Below, piece by piece: positions 46,201 through 53,171 of a stretch of DNA of 64,000 nucleotides (within the stretch, counting starts at the first letter, position 1; every line of letters begins with the position of its first letter). Under the pieces are notes generated by a model. The model had not been told where the DNA came from, did no database searches, and saw nothing but the letters and a program-made list of their open reading frames with translations. The translations under genes and the position numbers were made by a program. Origin of the DNA: a virus (taxonomy: Duplodnaviria > Caudoviricetes); the IMG/VR virus record IMGVR_UViG_3300047160_002318, positions 4,463-68,462 of that record; one strand, 5' to 3'.

Positions 46201-46695
46201 CTATGGCGCACCCCCGGGGAACGGGGTGATGGACCCGGGCTGGAGCGCCTGGCTGACCTCGATGACCTGGGCTTCCATGTGGTGCGCGCCCAGGTAGTCC
46301 TGCTCCACGTCGGGGATCATGCGAATTTCCCAGATGCCGTAGACCGGGCCGAGCACGCACTGGAGCCGGTCGCCTGCCTTGACGAACGGGATGCCGGTGA
46401 CGGCGTCGGCGGCGCAGTCGTAGAAGACCACGCCGACCCGGTCGGGCGCGCGGCCGGCCACGAACGGGGCGGGCTGGTCCCGGCCGGGGCGGACCAGGCC
46501 GATGTTGAGCAGGCACTTGAGCAGGCCGGGCTCGTCCAGCGTGGGGTCCACGATGTCGGACAGCTGTGACCAGGCCAGGCTCATGCCGCCGCCGACCTGG
46601 AGGCTGGGCTGGAGCCGGGACACCTGGACCGTGCTCTTATACATGGCCCGCATGGGGCTCGGGCCGGTGAACCTCGGCTGGTACGGGGTGGTCAT
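46201..46695 (-). CDS. head closure/stopper-like protein
   Basis: position; KAGDRL...HHMEAQV. Confidence 0.6.
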   Translation of the reverse strand: MTTPYQPRFTGPSPMRAMYKSTVQVSRLQPSLQVGGGMSLAWSQLSDIVDPTLDEPGLLKCLLNIGLVRPGRDQPAPFVAGRAPDRVGVVFYDCAADAVTGIPFVKAGDRLQCVLGPVYGIWEIRMIPDVEQDYLGAHHMEAQVIEVSQALQPGSITPFPGGAP

Positions 46696-47273
46696 GGGTC
46701 GTGGGGGAAGGACTCGGCGTTGATGGCGATGAACGGGGCCTCAATCTCGTTCATGTCGGCCGGGCCAAGGAGGACCTTCTGGCCAGTCTTCTCGTCGGTG
46801 CGCAGCAGGACGGTGGAGGACCGCTCCTCGATGTGCTCGAAGACCTCAATCTGCCCGTAGAACACCCCGGCCGTGCGCCGCCGCCTGGACAGCATCTGCA
46901 CCGCCAGGTCCCACAGCACGATGCCGGTGGCCATGAGGCCCAGGCTCAGCTCCATGGCCTGCACGTTGCGGGCCTCGACCGGGAACGGCTTGGAGTAGGT
47001 GTAGGACCCGACCGTCTCTGACTCCATGGGGGAGGCCAGGATTTGCTGGTAGGGCTGCCGCAGGTAGATGTAGTCGGCGTAGGACAGGATGCCGTTGGTG
47101 GCGAGCAGCTGGTCGTCCGCGCTCAGCCCCGGCCAGTCGTCCGCGCCCAGCTCCGTGACCTGGGTGAAGATGAGCGTGGCCTGTAGCAGCGCGGAGTCGG
47201 CGTAGCCGGTGTAGCTGGACTCGGCACGGCCAGACCAGACCGCGAGCTGGCCAAGGGAAGGTACTGGAAACAC
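46692..47273 (-). CDS. head-to-tail adaptor-like protein
   Basis: SETVGSYTYSK motif; GTG start 13 nt downstream of CGATT. Confidence 0.7.
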   Translation of the reverse strand: MFPVPSLGQLAVWSGRAESSYTGYADSALLQATLIFTQVTELGADDWPGLSADDQLLATNGILSYADYIYLRQPYQQILASPMESETVGSYTYSKPFPVEARNVQAMELSLGLMATGIVLWDLAVQMLSRRRRTAGVFYGQIEVFEHIEERSSTVLLRTDEKTGQKVLLGPADMNEIEAPFIAINAESFPHDP

Positions 47274-47734
47274 ACCCAGGTAATCGGGCTGCCTGATACG
47301 CCGCGCTGGCGGCTGCCTCGTCACTGAACAGGCCAAGAGACCTTCGATGCCCGTCAACCTTGATCTGAGCGTGCCATTTGCTCTTGCGCTTGTTCCAGTA
47401 GACGCCCTTGTACTGCGACGTAAGACCCTGTTCCTTGCGCAGCTTGCTGTTCTGCACGCTGTAGGGCTCCCACTGCACGCAACCGGGCTCATAGTTGTCC
47501 ATAGTTGTCATCCGGGCGAATGCGACCCAGTGTGCAGCCCGGAGGGCACGGGCCAAGCAGGGCGTCGATGTCCTCCAGGAACAGCCGGAAATCGTGCCAC
47601 CGCTCGCAAACCGTTATCCCACGCTCGCCCCAGTAGCGGTACTTAGGATGGGCAGGCTTCTCGCAGCGGTAGAGCATGTTCTTCCACCGCTGGTAGTCCT
47701 TCTTCCGGGCTTCCGACAGCCCGCCCCAGTCCAC
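47274..47734 (-). pseudogene. HNH-AP2 homing endonuclease inactivated by a 10-bp tandem duplication
   Basis: YQRWKNMLYRC..YWGERGITVCERW..F..LGRI in one frame, DNYEPGCVQW..TSQYKGVYW..W.AQI..LG.F in another; GACAACTATG duplicated at 47490-47509. Confidence 0.8.
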
Positions 47735-47754
47735 AACCTGAGTGTAATCGAGCA

Positions 47755-47896
47755 GGAGCCAGGGTCCGTTGATGCAGGGACGACCCTCTCAGATAGGTGA
47801 GACCACCTGGGCGATAACACTGACCACATAGCGGCCCTAAACAGCGAGGGGTTTTACAGCCCGAGCATCCTCGTCCGAAGAGCGGACCCTGGCTCC
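47755..47896 (-). ncRNA. candidate structured RNA with perfect 14-bp closing stem
   Basis: GGAGCCAGGGUCCG / CGGACCCUGGCUCC enclosing 114 nt with nested helices (GAUGC/GCAUC, GGGC/GCCC, CCCU/AGGG, AGGU/ACCU). Confidence 0.45.
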
Positions 47897-47908
47897 CACG
47901 TCTATACG

Positions 47909-48325
47909 TCAGTCACACGGGTGGTGCCCCTTGCTGGCGAACCACCGCCTGTGCTTGACGAACTTGACACCGTTCTTCCAGAACCCCCAGGTTCGGATGA
48001 CGCGGCCGGTGAGCAGCACCGTCCAGGCCCCGTCCTCGTCGGGGACCACGGTGTGCTTGTGCAGGGCCGGCCGGTACCGGACGGCGGGGACGCGAAGGTG
48101 ATCCTCGCCGTCCGGGCTCTTGTCGGTGTACCCGCCCTTCACCACGAAAGTGAGGAACCACCAGGGGTGGTCATGGAAGGCGCGGTCGTCGTCCGCCTTG
48201 AGCCAGTGGTGCACGCGGGCCGATGCCCACGGGGTCTCCGCGACCCAGCGGATGACGTAGGGGCACTCGGGCAGGCCCAGCGCCTCGCGCCAGCGGAACC
48301 GCCACCTGGGCTGGTCTTCTGCCAT
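47909..48325 (-). CDS. cupin-fold (cysteine dioxygenase-like) protein
   Basis: RVHHW..DDDRAFHDHPWWF..VVKGGY ... HKHTV; starts 20 nt after the tRNA-like CCA. Confidence 0.75.
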   Translation of the reverse strand: MAEDQPRWRFRWREALGLPECPYVIRWVAETPWASARVHHWLKADDDRAFHDHPWWFLTFVVKGGYTDKSPDGEDHLRVPAVRYRPALHKHTVVPDEDGAWTVLLTGRVIRTWGFWKNGVKFVKHRRWFASKGHHPCD

Positions 48326-48344
48326 GCGTCACCCCCTCAGTCCT

Positions 48345-48423
48345 TGGTGCGCGGGGAGGTGCACAACGCCCCGACTTCTGGCTTATCCGACCAGCGCCCG
48401 TGTGACTTGCGAGCTGCCCGCGC
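48345..48423 (-). tRNA. non-canonical tRNA-Ile(GAU)-like cloverleaf with encoded CCA
   Basis: GCGCGGG CA GCUC GCAAGUCACAC GGGC G CUGGU CGGAUAA GCCAG AAGUC GGGGC GUUGUGC ACCUC CCCGCGC A CCA; canonical arm lengths but no U8, G18G19, U33 or TPsiC loop. Confidence 0.7.
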
Positions 48424-48429
48424 AGGACC

Positions 48430-48457
48430 ATGATAGCACCGGCTTGACTCAAGTCAA
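48430..48457 (-). promoter_or_regulatory. promoter of the tRNA-like RNA
   Basis: TTGACT-N16-TATCAT with TTGAC-TTGA-GTCAA palindrome; the 7th nt after -10 is G1 of the cloverleaf. Confidence 0.8.
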
Positions 48458-48459
48458 AT

Positions 48460-48789
48460 TCAGAGCAGGGCGGCGATGTCCACGGATGCGCCGAGGGTGC
48501 TTGGTATCTGCACGTTCTGGATGACCTTGTTGTCACTGTCACCATCAGGCCCGCTGATCCTCAGTGTAATTGTGTAAGCAAACGGCGGCAGCACGCTGTC
48601 CGTGGTGGGCAGGGTGATGGTGTCCATGACCCCGTTGCGCACGGTGGCGTCGGCTGAGCCGAGGAACACGGCCGGCATGTCGGGGATGTCCACCGGGCCG
48701 TCCGTGCTGAACAGGATGAAGCCGTTGAGCGGGGTTCCGTCCAGCGTGGTAATGGACTGGCCGGTGACCTGAATCATCGTGGCTGGCAT
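48460..48789 (-). CDS. hypothetical, probable virion protein
   Basis: 109 aa beta-rich. Confidence 0.65.
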   Translation of the reverse strand: MPATMIQVTGQSITTLDGTPLNGFILFSTDGPVDIPDMPAVFLGSADATVRNGVMDTITLPTTDSVLPPFAYTITLRISGPDGDSDNKVIQNVQIPSTLGASVDIAALL

Positions 48790-48793
48790 GGAA

Positions 48794-49981
48794 TCACCCG
48801 AATACCGGGGCGGGCACGCCCCGGCCCCGCGCTTGCTCGGCGGCGTCGGCCTGGCGCAGCTGCTCCTGCGACGGGCCGGCGAACTTGCCGCTCCTGTCCA
48901 TGGTCTGTAGCTCCTCGAAGGACCCCGCGCCCTCAGTGTAGGACCGGCGTCCGGGCCAGGGGCCGTGCGCGAAGAACTCCTTGCCGTACCGCTCGACCTG
49001 CTCGTACCGGGTCAGCATGATCCACTGGCTGGCGTCGGGCCAGCGGGGGTGGCCCGGCCCGATTTCCAGCTCCTGGCCCCGGTACCAGACCCGGCCGGCG
49101 AAGGTGAACCCGTCGTTGACGAAGTGGATGACGATGGCCTCGCCGGGGGTCTGCACAATCCGCTCGGGGGCGCGCTCGAACGCGGCGGCTGCGGTGATGG
49201 CGGCGGCGTGCTGCGCGGCCCGGTCCTCCTTCTCCTTCACGGAGAGCTGGCCCTCGGGCTTGGGCGGGGACATGTCCGGCTTGGTCATGGACGGCGAGGC
49301 CATGGGCAGGCCGCAGACGGAGCAGAACATGGTGTTCGGCGGGTTGGGATGACCGAACGCCCCGCAGGGCACGGTGTTGCTCACTGTCAGGACGCTGCCG
49401 GCCTGCGGGAACGGGGAGGCCGCTGCCGCTGCTCCCTGGCTGGCCAGCAGCGCGCGTGCCACGGCGGGCACGTCCACGATCTTTGCGTCCTTGGCGCTGA
49501 TACCAGTCACGGCAGGATGATCGTCACCGAACTTGAGCCGCCAGAGCTGCTTGCGCCGTCCCTGGTCAGGGACCTCATTGCGGGGCCGGTTGCCGTTGGC
49601 CCAGCCGATGGGGTGGGACTGGCGAACGAACCGCCAGCCGCTGGCCTTGAGCGACGTGCCGGGCTCGCTGGCCAGGATGTAGGTCTGCACCCAGCGGAAC
49701 CCCATGGCCTTCGCCGCGCGAGCGCTGGCGGCGTACAGCATGGAGCAGGCGTTGGGGGTGCCGTCCGTCACCAGCCTGACGACCTCCGCGATGAGCTGCT
49801 GGCTGACGCCCTCGGTCGCGCCGCCGACCGGGCGGCCGATGATGGCCGCCCCGTGCGCGGTGCCGTCCTCGTCGAAGACGCCGATGGAGAAGCGGTGCCC
49901 CTGGCTGCGCTTATGGTGCCGGTGCCACTGCTCGACCAGGTCGTTGGCCTGCGCGAGGGTCAGCGGCTCGATGTGCAGCAT
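48794..49981 (-). CDS. XF1762/Mom-like GNAT-fold protein fused to zinc-ribbon C-terminal region
   Basis: LTLAQANDLVEQWHRHH..GHRFSIG..GAAIIGRP..EVVRL.TDG..NACSMLY.A.AR..KAMG...TYIL..E.GTSLKASGW. Confidence 0.65.
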   Translation of the reverse strand: MLHIEPLTLAQANDLVEQWHRHHKRSQGHRFSIGVFDEDGTAHGAAIIGRPVGGATEGVSQQLIAEVVRLVTDGTPNACSMLYAASARAAKAMGFRWVQTYILASEPGTSLKASGWRFVRQSHPIGWANGNRPRNEVPDQGRRKQLWRLKFGDDHPAVTGISAKDAKIVDVPAVARALLASQGAAAAASPFPQAGSVLTVSNTVPCGAFGHPNPPNTMFCSVCGLPMASPSMTKPDMSPPKPEGQLSVKEKEDRAAQHAAAITAAAAFERAPERIVQTPGEAIVIHFVNDGFTFAGRVWYRGQELEIGPGHPRWPDASQWIMLTRYEQVERYGKEFFAHGPWPGRRSYTEGAGSFEELQTMDRSGKFAGPSQEQLRQADAAEQARGRGVPAPVFG

Positions 49982-50030
49982 GCCCTGGAAATCGAGAAGG
50001 CCCGGGGGCACCGGGCCTTCTCCTGGGCTG

Positions 50031-50219
50031 CTACCTGACACTGCCGTGCCATACCGACTCCTTACGCCGGCCCTTCCCGGGGGTCCTCTCCGGGTCGCGC
50101 CGGGTCCGGGCAGGGTTGTTGCGGGTCCGCTTGTGCTGAGCCGCGTACCGGGCGCACTTCTTCCTGTTCCTCCCGTGCTTCCGGTTCTTCTTCTTGCCCT
50201 GCTTCTCCGACTTGGCCAT
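50031..50219 (-). CDS. 62-aa highly basic protein
   Basis: Lys/Arg-rich; GGGGGTG SD-like. Confidence 0.55.
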   Translation of the reverse strand: MAKSEKQGKKKNRKHGRNRKKCARYAAQHKRTRNNPARTRRDPERTPGKGRRKESVWHGSVR

Positions 50220-50253
50220 GGGGTGTTGTCACCCCCTCTCCTGACTAGCCCCC

Positions 50254-50289
50254 CTACGGGACTGTCAGGAGATGGCGCAGAACACGCAC
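50254..50289 (-). CDS. possible 11-aa leader peptide VRVLRHLLTVP
   Basis: AAGGAGG SD at 50298-50304; ORF lies in the 5' arm of a 9-bp hairpin. Confidence 0.3.
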   Translation of the reverse strand: MRVLRHLLTVP

Positions 50290-50321
50290 TACTCTTTCCT
50301 CCTTTGACCTGCGGTTATTAC

Positions 50322-50436
50322 GCCCACCTGAAGGCGGTCCTGGCCCGATCCTTTAGAAATGGCGGCGATCCAGTGTTCCGCCAACCAGGGGTCCGCGCGG
50401 TTACCGACGTGTATCCGATGGGTACTCCAGGTGGGC
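50322..50436 (-). ncRNA. candidate small RNA with 12-bp closing stem
   Basis: GCCCACCUGGAG / CUUCAGGUGGGC begins 6 nt after TAGACT -10 box (50443-50448) preceded by TAGGCGTG; internal UGGCGG/CCGCCA and UACC/GGUA helices. Confidence 0.55.
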
Positions 50437-50459
50437 ACGCTCAGTCTACACGCCTAAGC

Positions 50460-50705
50460 TCAGCTGCTGGGACCGCCCGAGCGCCGTCCCTTCGCGCCAC
50501 TGGCAGCGCGGGACTTAGCTGCCGGCGGAACCTCACCGTCGTCCTCGGGAGCGTCCCGCTCCCACAGGATGGACATGCCTGGCCAGGCGACGTCGGCAGT
50601 ATGCACGCTCCAGCCGTCTGTCACCCTGGCGTCGATGAGCCCGTACGCTTCCTTGCCGTCCCCGGCAGTCACGTCGTAGTAGTTCAGACGGTATTGCTTC
50701 GCCAT
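50460..50705 (-). CDS. hypothetical protein (MAKQYRL...)
   Basis: ATG 13 nt downstream of CGATT. Confidence 0.6.
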   Translation of the reverse strand: MAKQYRLNYYDVTAGDGKEAYGLIDARVTDGWSVHTADVAWPGMSILWERDAPEDDGEVPPAAKSRAASGAKGRRSGGPSS

Positions 50706-51000
50706 GGCTGTGAAATCGGCCAGGCGGGGAGTCTTTGACAGGGACTCCCCGAGACCCGGCACCCGAGTTTTACGTGCAGGCTGCACCGCACGGCCCCTGC
50801 GAGGACTGCTGTGCTGTCCCCGACCGGAGGCACCACCAGGAGTCTCTTTTACGCCGGCTCCTGGCCCGGCCACCATCCACCCTCACGGTGGTCTAAGCCC
50901 AGCCTAAACCCTCACCTGCTGGAGGCCGCGCGCCCTTTCCGTATCGTGCGGCTAGGTTCCCAAGCGGGACCGCTGCATGTGGACCCGCCTGACTATACGG

Positions 51001-51159
51001 CTAGCCGTGGAAGTAGGTGTGCGCTACGCCGGCACAGTGGTAGTACAGCGACGTGCCCACCATGCTGAGCGCGTGCGCCTGGCTGGTGCTGGCGGCGACG
51101 ACGGCGAGGACCAGGCCGATGAAGACCAGGCCGATGATGCCTCTGCGTGACACGGACAT
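51001..51159 (-). CDS. 52-aa secreted peptide with SRR (Tat-like) signal
   Basis: MSVSRRGIIGLVFIGLVLAVVAASTSQAHA-LSMVGTSLYYHCAGVAHTYFHG; GGAAGG SD. Confidence 0.6.
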   Translation of the reverse strand: MSVSRRGIIGLVFIGLVLAVVAASTSQAHALSMVGTSLYYHCAGVAHTYFHG

Positions 51160-51218
51160 GGGAACTATGCCCTTCCAAACTACCCCCGGTTACCGGACGA
51201 CCACCGCCAGGCAGCAGC

Positions 51219-51247
51219 ACGGTAACACGCCTGCCAGGGAGGGGCAA
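51219..51247 (-). promoter_or_regulatory. promoter with AGGCGTGT box
   Basis: TTGCCC-N17-TACCGT. Confidence 0.6.
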
Positions 51248-51264
51248 CACCTGGTGACATGCAA

Positions 51265-51292
51265 GACCCCCGGCGTTACTACGCCGGGGGTC
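51265..51292 (-). terminator. capsid-operon terminator hairpin
   Basis: GACCCCCGGCGT-TACT-ACGCCGGGGGTC just after the capsid stop. Confidence 0.75.
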
Positions 51293-51319
51293 CTGTGCAC
51301 TGAGGCCCTTGACTGCCTG

Positions 51320-52489
51320 CTAGTCGATGGTACCGGCCCCGCCTGCGTAGTACCCGGCCGGCGCGGCACCGCTGGCACCGATGATCCCGGTAGCCACAAG
51401 CATCTGCTCGGGCCGCGTGATGATCGGGAGCAAGTGCCATTCCAGGAGGTACTGCCTGGCACTCGGGTCCTTTTCCTTCCAGGTCTTCGCGTACTTCCCA
51501 GTGAACCCTTCCGGCGCTTCGTCATCAGCCGTGGGTCCGATGAGCAGCTCAACGGGACGCTGGTCGGAGTAGTTGCCCATGTAAATCTGGCCGTCCGGCA
51601 CGAAGAACGTCAGGTACCCGGCGTCGTTCTCGTAGACGTGCTCGACCGTGGTCCAGGTCATGCCCATGAAGCCGGACAGGATGCCGGACGAGAAGTACTC
51701 GTCCTTCATGCGGTCACTGATCATGGTGGCCGGGATGACGACCGCCGTGCCTGACGACCCCGACGCCACCCAGGCTTCCATGAGCGCGGCCATGGTGGCG
51801 GTGGTGGCGAAGCACTCGCGGGCCGGCACGCGCCCGTGAATCTGCACGATGCGCTTCCAGGAGCGCACGTCCTCAATGATCTGGAACGGCGTGGCATACG
51901 TCACCGTGCCGCCGCCCTGGAGGTTCGTGTTCACCTGGCTCAGCGTGGTGGACTGGCCAAGGTTGCCGGCCGTGGGGAAGTTCAGCCCGGTGTTGGCCAG
52001 CCAGGCGTGCGACGGGGTGACGAAATGGCTCGACGGGAACTTGAAGTCCACAGTCGCCTGAATCTCCGCGTAGTTGTACTGGATGCCCCCGCCGAGAGCC
52101 TGCCAGATTGTCCATTCCGCGAAGTTATCGAAGCGCTGATTGAGGTCATTGACCTCCCTTAGCACTGCCCTTTCCGCATTGATTCTTGCCAGCTCACCGG
52201 GGGTGCGGAGCCAGTGGAGCGTCGTGGGCTCGAACACCTTCTTCTCACGAAGATAGATAAAACTAGCCGACTCCTGGGAACGGCCGAGCCGCGAAATGAT
52301 ATGTGCTTCGGAGTTCGGCACATTGGGCTTTGCGACCATTCTTGAGCCCTTGATTACGTCCCATGTCGCGGACGGGAAGGGCCATGGGGTCTGGTCCATG
52401 CGGTTGAGCATCATGAGAGTGTCCGGGGTCATGAACTTCTCGACCACTCCCCTGAGAACTACGGGTTCTAGCAGGCTGATGTCCGGCAT
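51320..52489 (-). CDS. major capsid protein (phage major capsid E-like)
   Basis: 389 aa after protease and decoration genes; TWDVIKG.R.VA..N.P, KTWKEKDPSAR..LLEW..LP. Confidence 0.88.
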   Translation of the reverse strand: MPDISLLEPVVLRGVVEKFMTPDTLMMLNRMDQTPWPFPSATWDVIKGSRMVAKPNVPNSEAHIISRLGRSQESASFIYLREKKVFEPTTLHWLRTPGELARINAERAVLREVNDLNQRFDNFAEWTIWQALGGGIQYNYAEIQATVDFKFPSSHFVTPSHAWLANTGLNFPTAGNLGQSTTLSQVNTNLQGGGTVTYATPFQIIEDVRSWKRIVQIHGRVPARECFATTATMAALMEAWVASGSSGTAVVIPATMISDRMKDEYFSSGILSGFMGMTWTTVEHVYENDAGYLTFFVPDGQIYMGNYSDQRPVELLIGPTADDEAPEGFTGKYAKTWKEKDPSARQYLLEWHLLPIITRPEQMLVATGIIGASGAAPAGYYAGGAGTID

Positions 52490-52782
52490 ATCCGGTTACT
52501 CCCCAGTCCGATGGCTTCCGGTTGCAGCGACACCAGCTGGTGCCCGGCCTGCGCCGCCCGTGTCTCAGGGCCACTTGGCTGGCCTATGGCTGTCTTATCG
52601 ACCCGGCATAGGTACGGACATGCCACGGCCCCTGCCGTTGGAGTGGCAGGGGCCGTGGTACTGAGCGTGGGCGGGGGGATGCCCAGGCTGGTTACAGTGC
52701 CAGGGTACTGCTGGCCGGCGAGGCACCAGAAGATGAGGCTCATCAGCACGATGTACACGGCGAGGATGATCACGGGCAGCAC
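52468..52782 (-). CDS. single-TM protein (leaderless)
   Basis: TACGAT 6 nt before GTG; hydrophobic N-terminus. Confidence 0.5.
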   Translation of the reverse strand: MLPVIILAVYIVLMSLIFWCLAGQQYPGTVTSLGIPPPTLSTTAPATPTAGAVACPYLCRVDKTAIGQPSGPETRAAQAGHQLVSLQPEAIGLGSNRICRTSAC

Positions 52783-52852
52783 GCCCGCATCGTACAGTCA
52801 TTCCTGCCCGGTCGGCCGGCACGACGGGGCGGCGGCTCCGTACTCTTCAGGT

Positions 52853-53098
52853 ATGAGCAGGAAAGATGGAGATGACGAGATGACCCGCCGGATCCGGGAG
52901 GCATTTTCCGCGCCGCTGTCCCCTGCCGCGCAGGCCGGATATGACCAGCGGTCAGCGGAGTTCCTGGATGGACTGCCGGATGCCAGCGGGTCGTTTGAGG
53001 GGCACCTGGTCTCGGACGCTTGCTACCGGATGGGCGGGTGCGGCCCGGATTGCCCGGTGTGGGCTGGTGAGGCGGAGGACGCGCGGGGACCGAACTAA
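52853..53098 (+). CDS. 81-aa acidic protein (leaderless, antisense to head operon)
   Basis: TACTCT 6 nt before ATG; C-terminal C...GC.PDCP. Confidence 0.5.
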   Translation: MSRKDGDDEMTRRIREAFSAPLSPAAQAGYDQRSAEFLDGLPDASGSFEGHLVSDACYRMGGCGPDCPVWAGEAEDARGPN

Positions 53099-53171
53099 CG
53101 GTCATCCATGACAGCCGGCGTACCGGCCGGGCCTGCGGCTACCGGCCGGTGAGGGACCGGGGCGGCGGGCA

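Noticed and set aside
50930-50990. GGGUCCA..UGCAGCGGU looks like a tRNA 5' half
   Set aside because: No complementary acceptor 3' strand, T arm or CCA.
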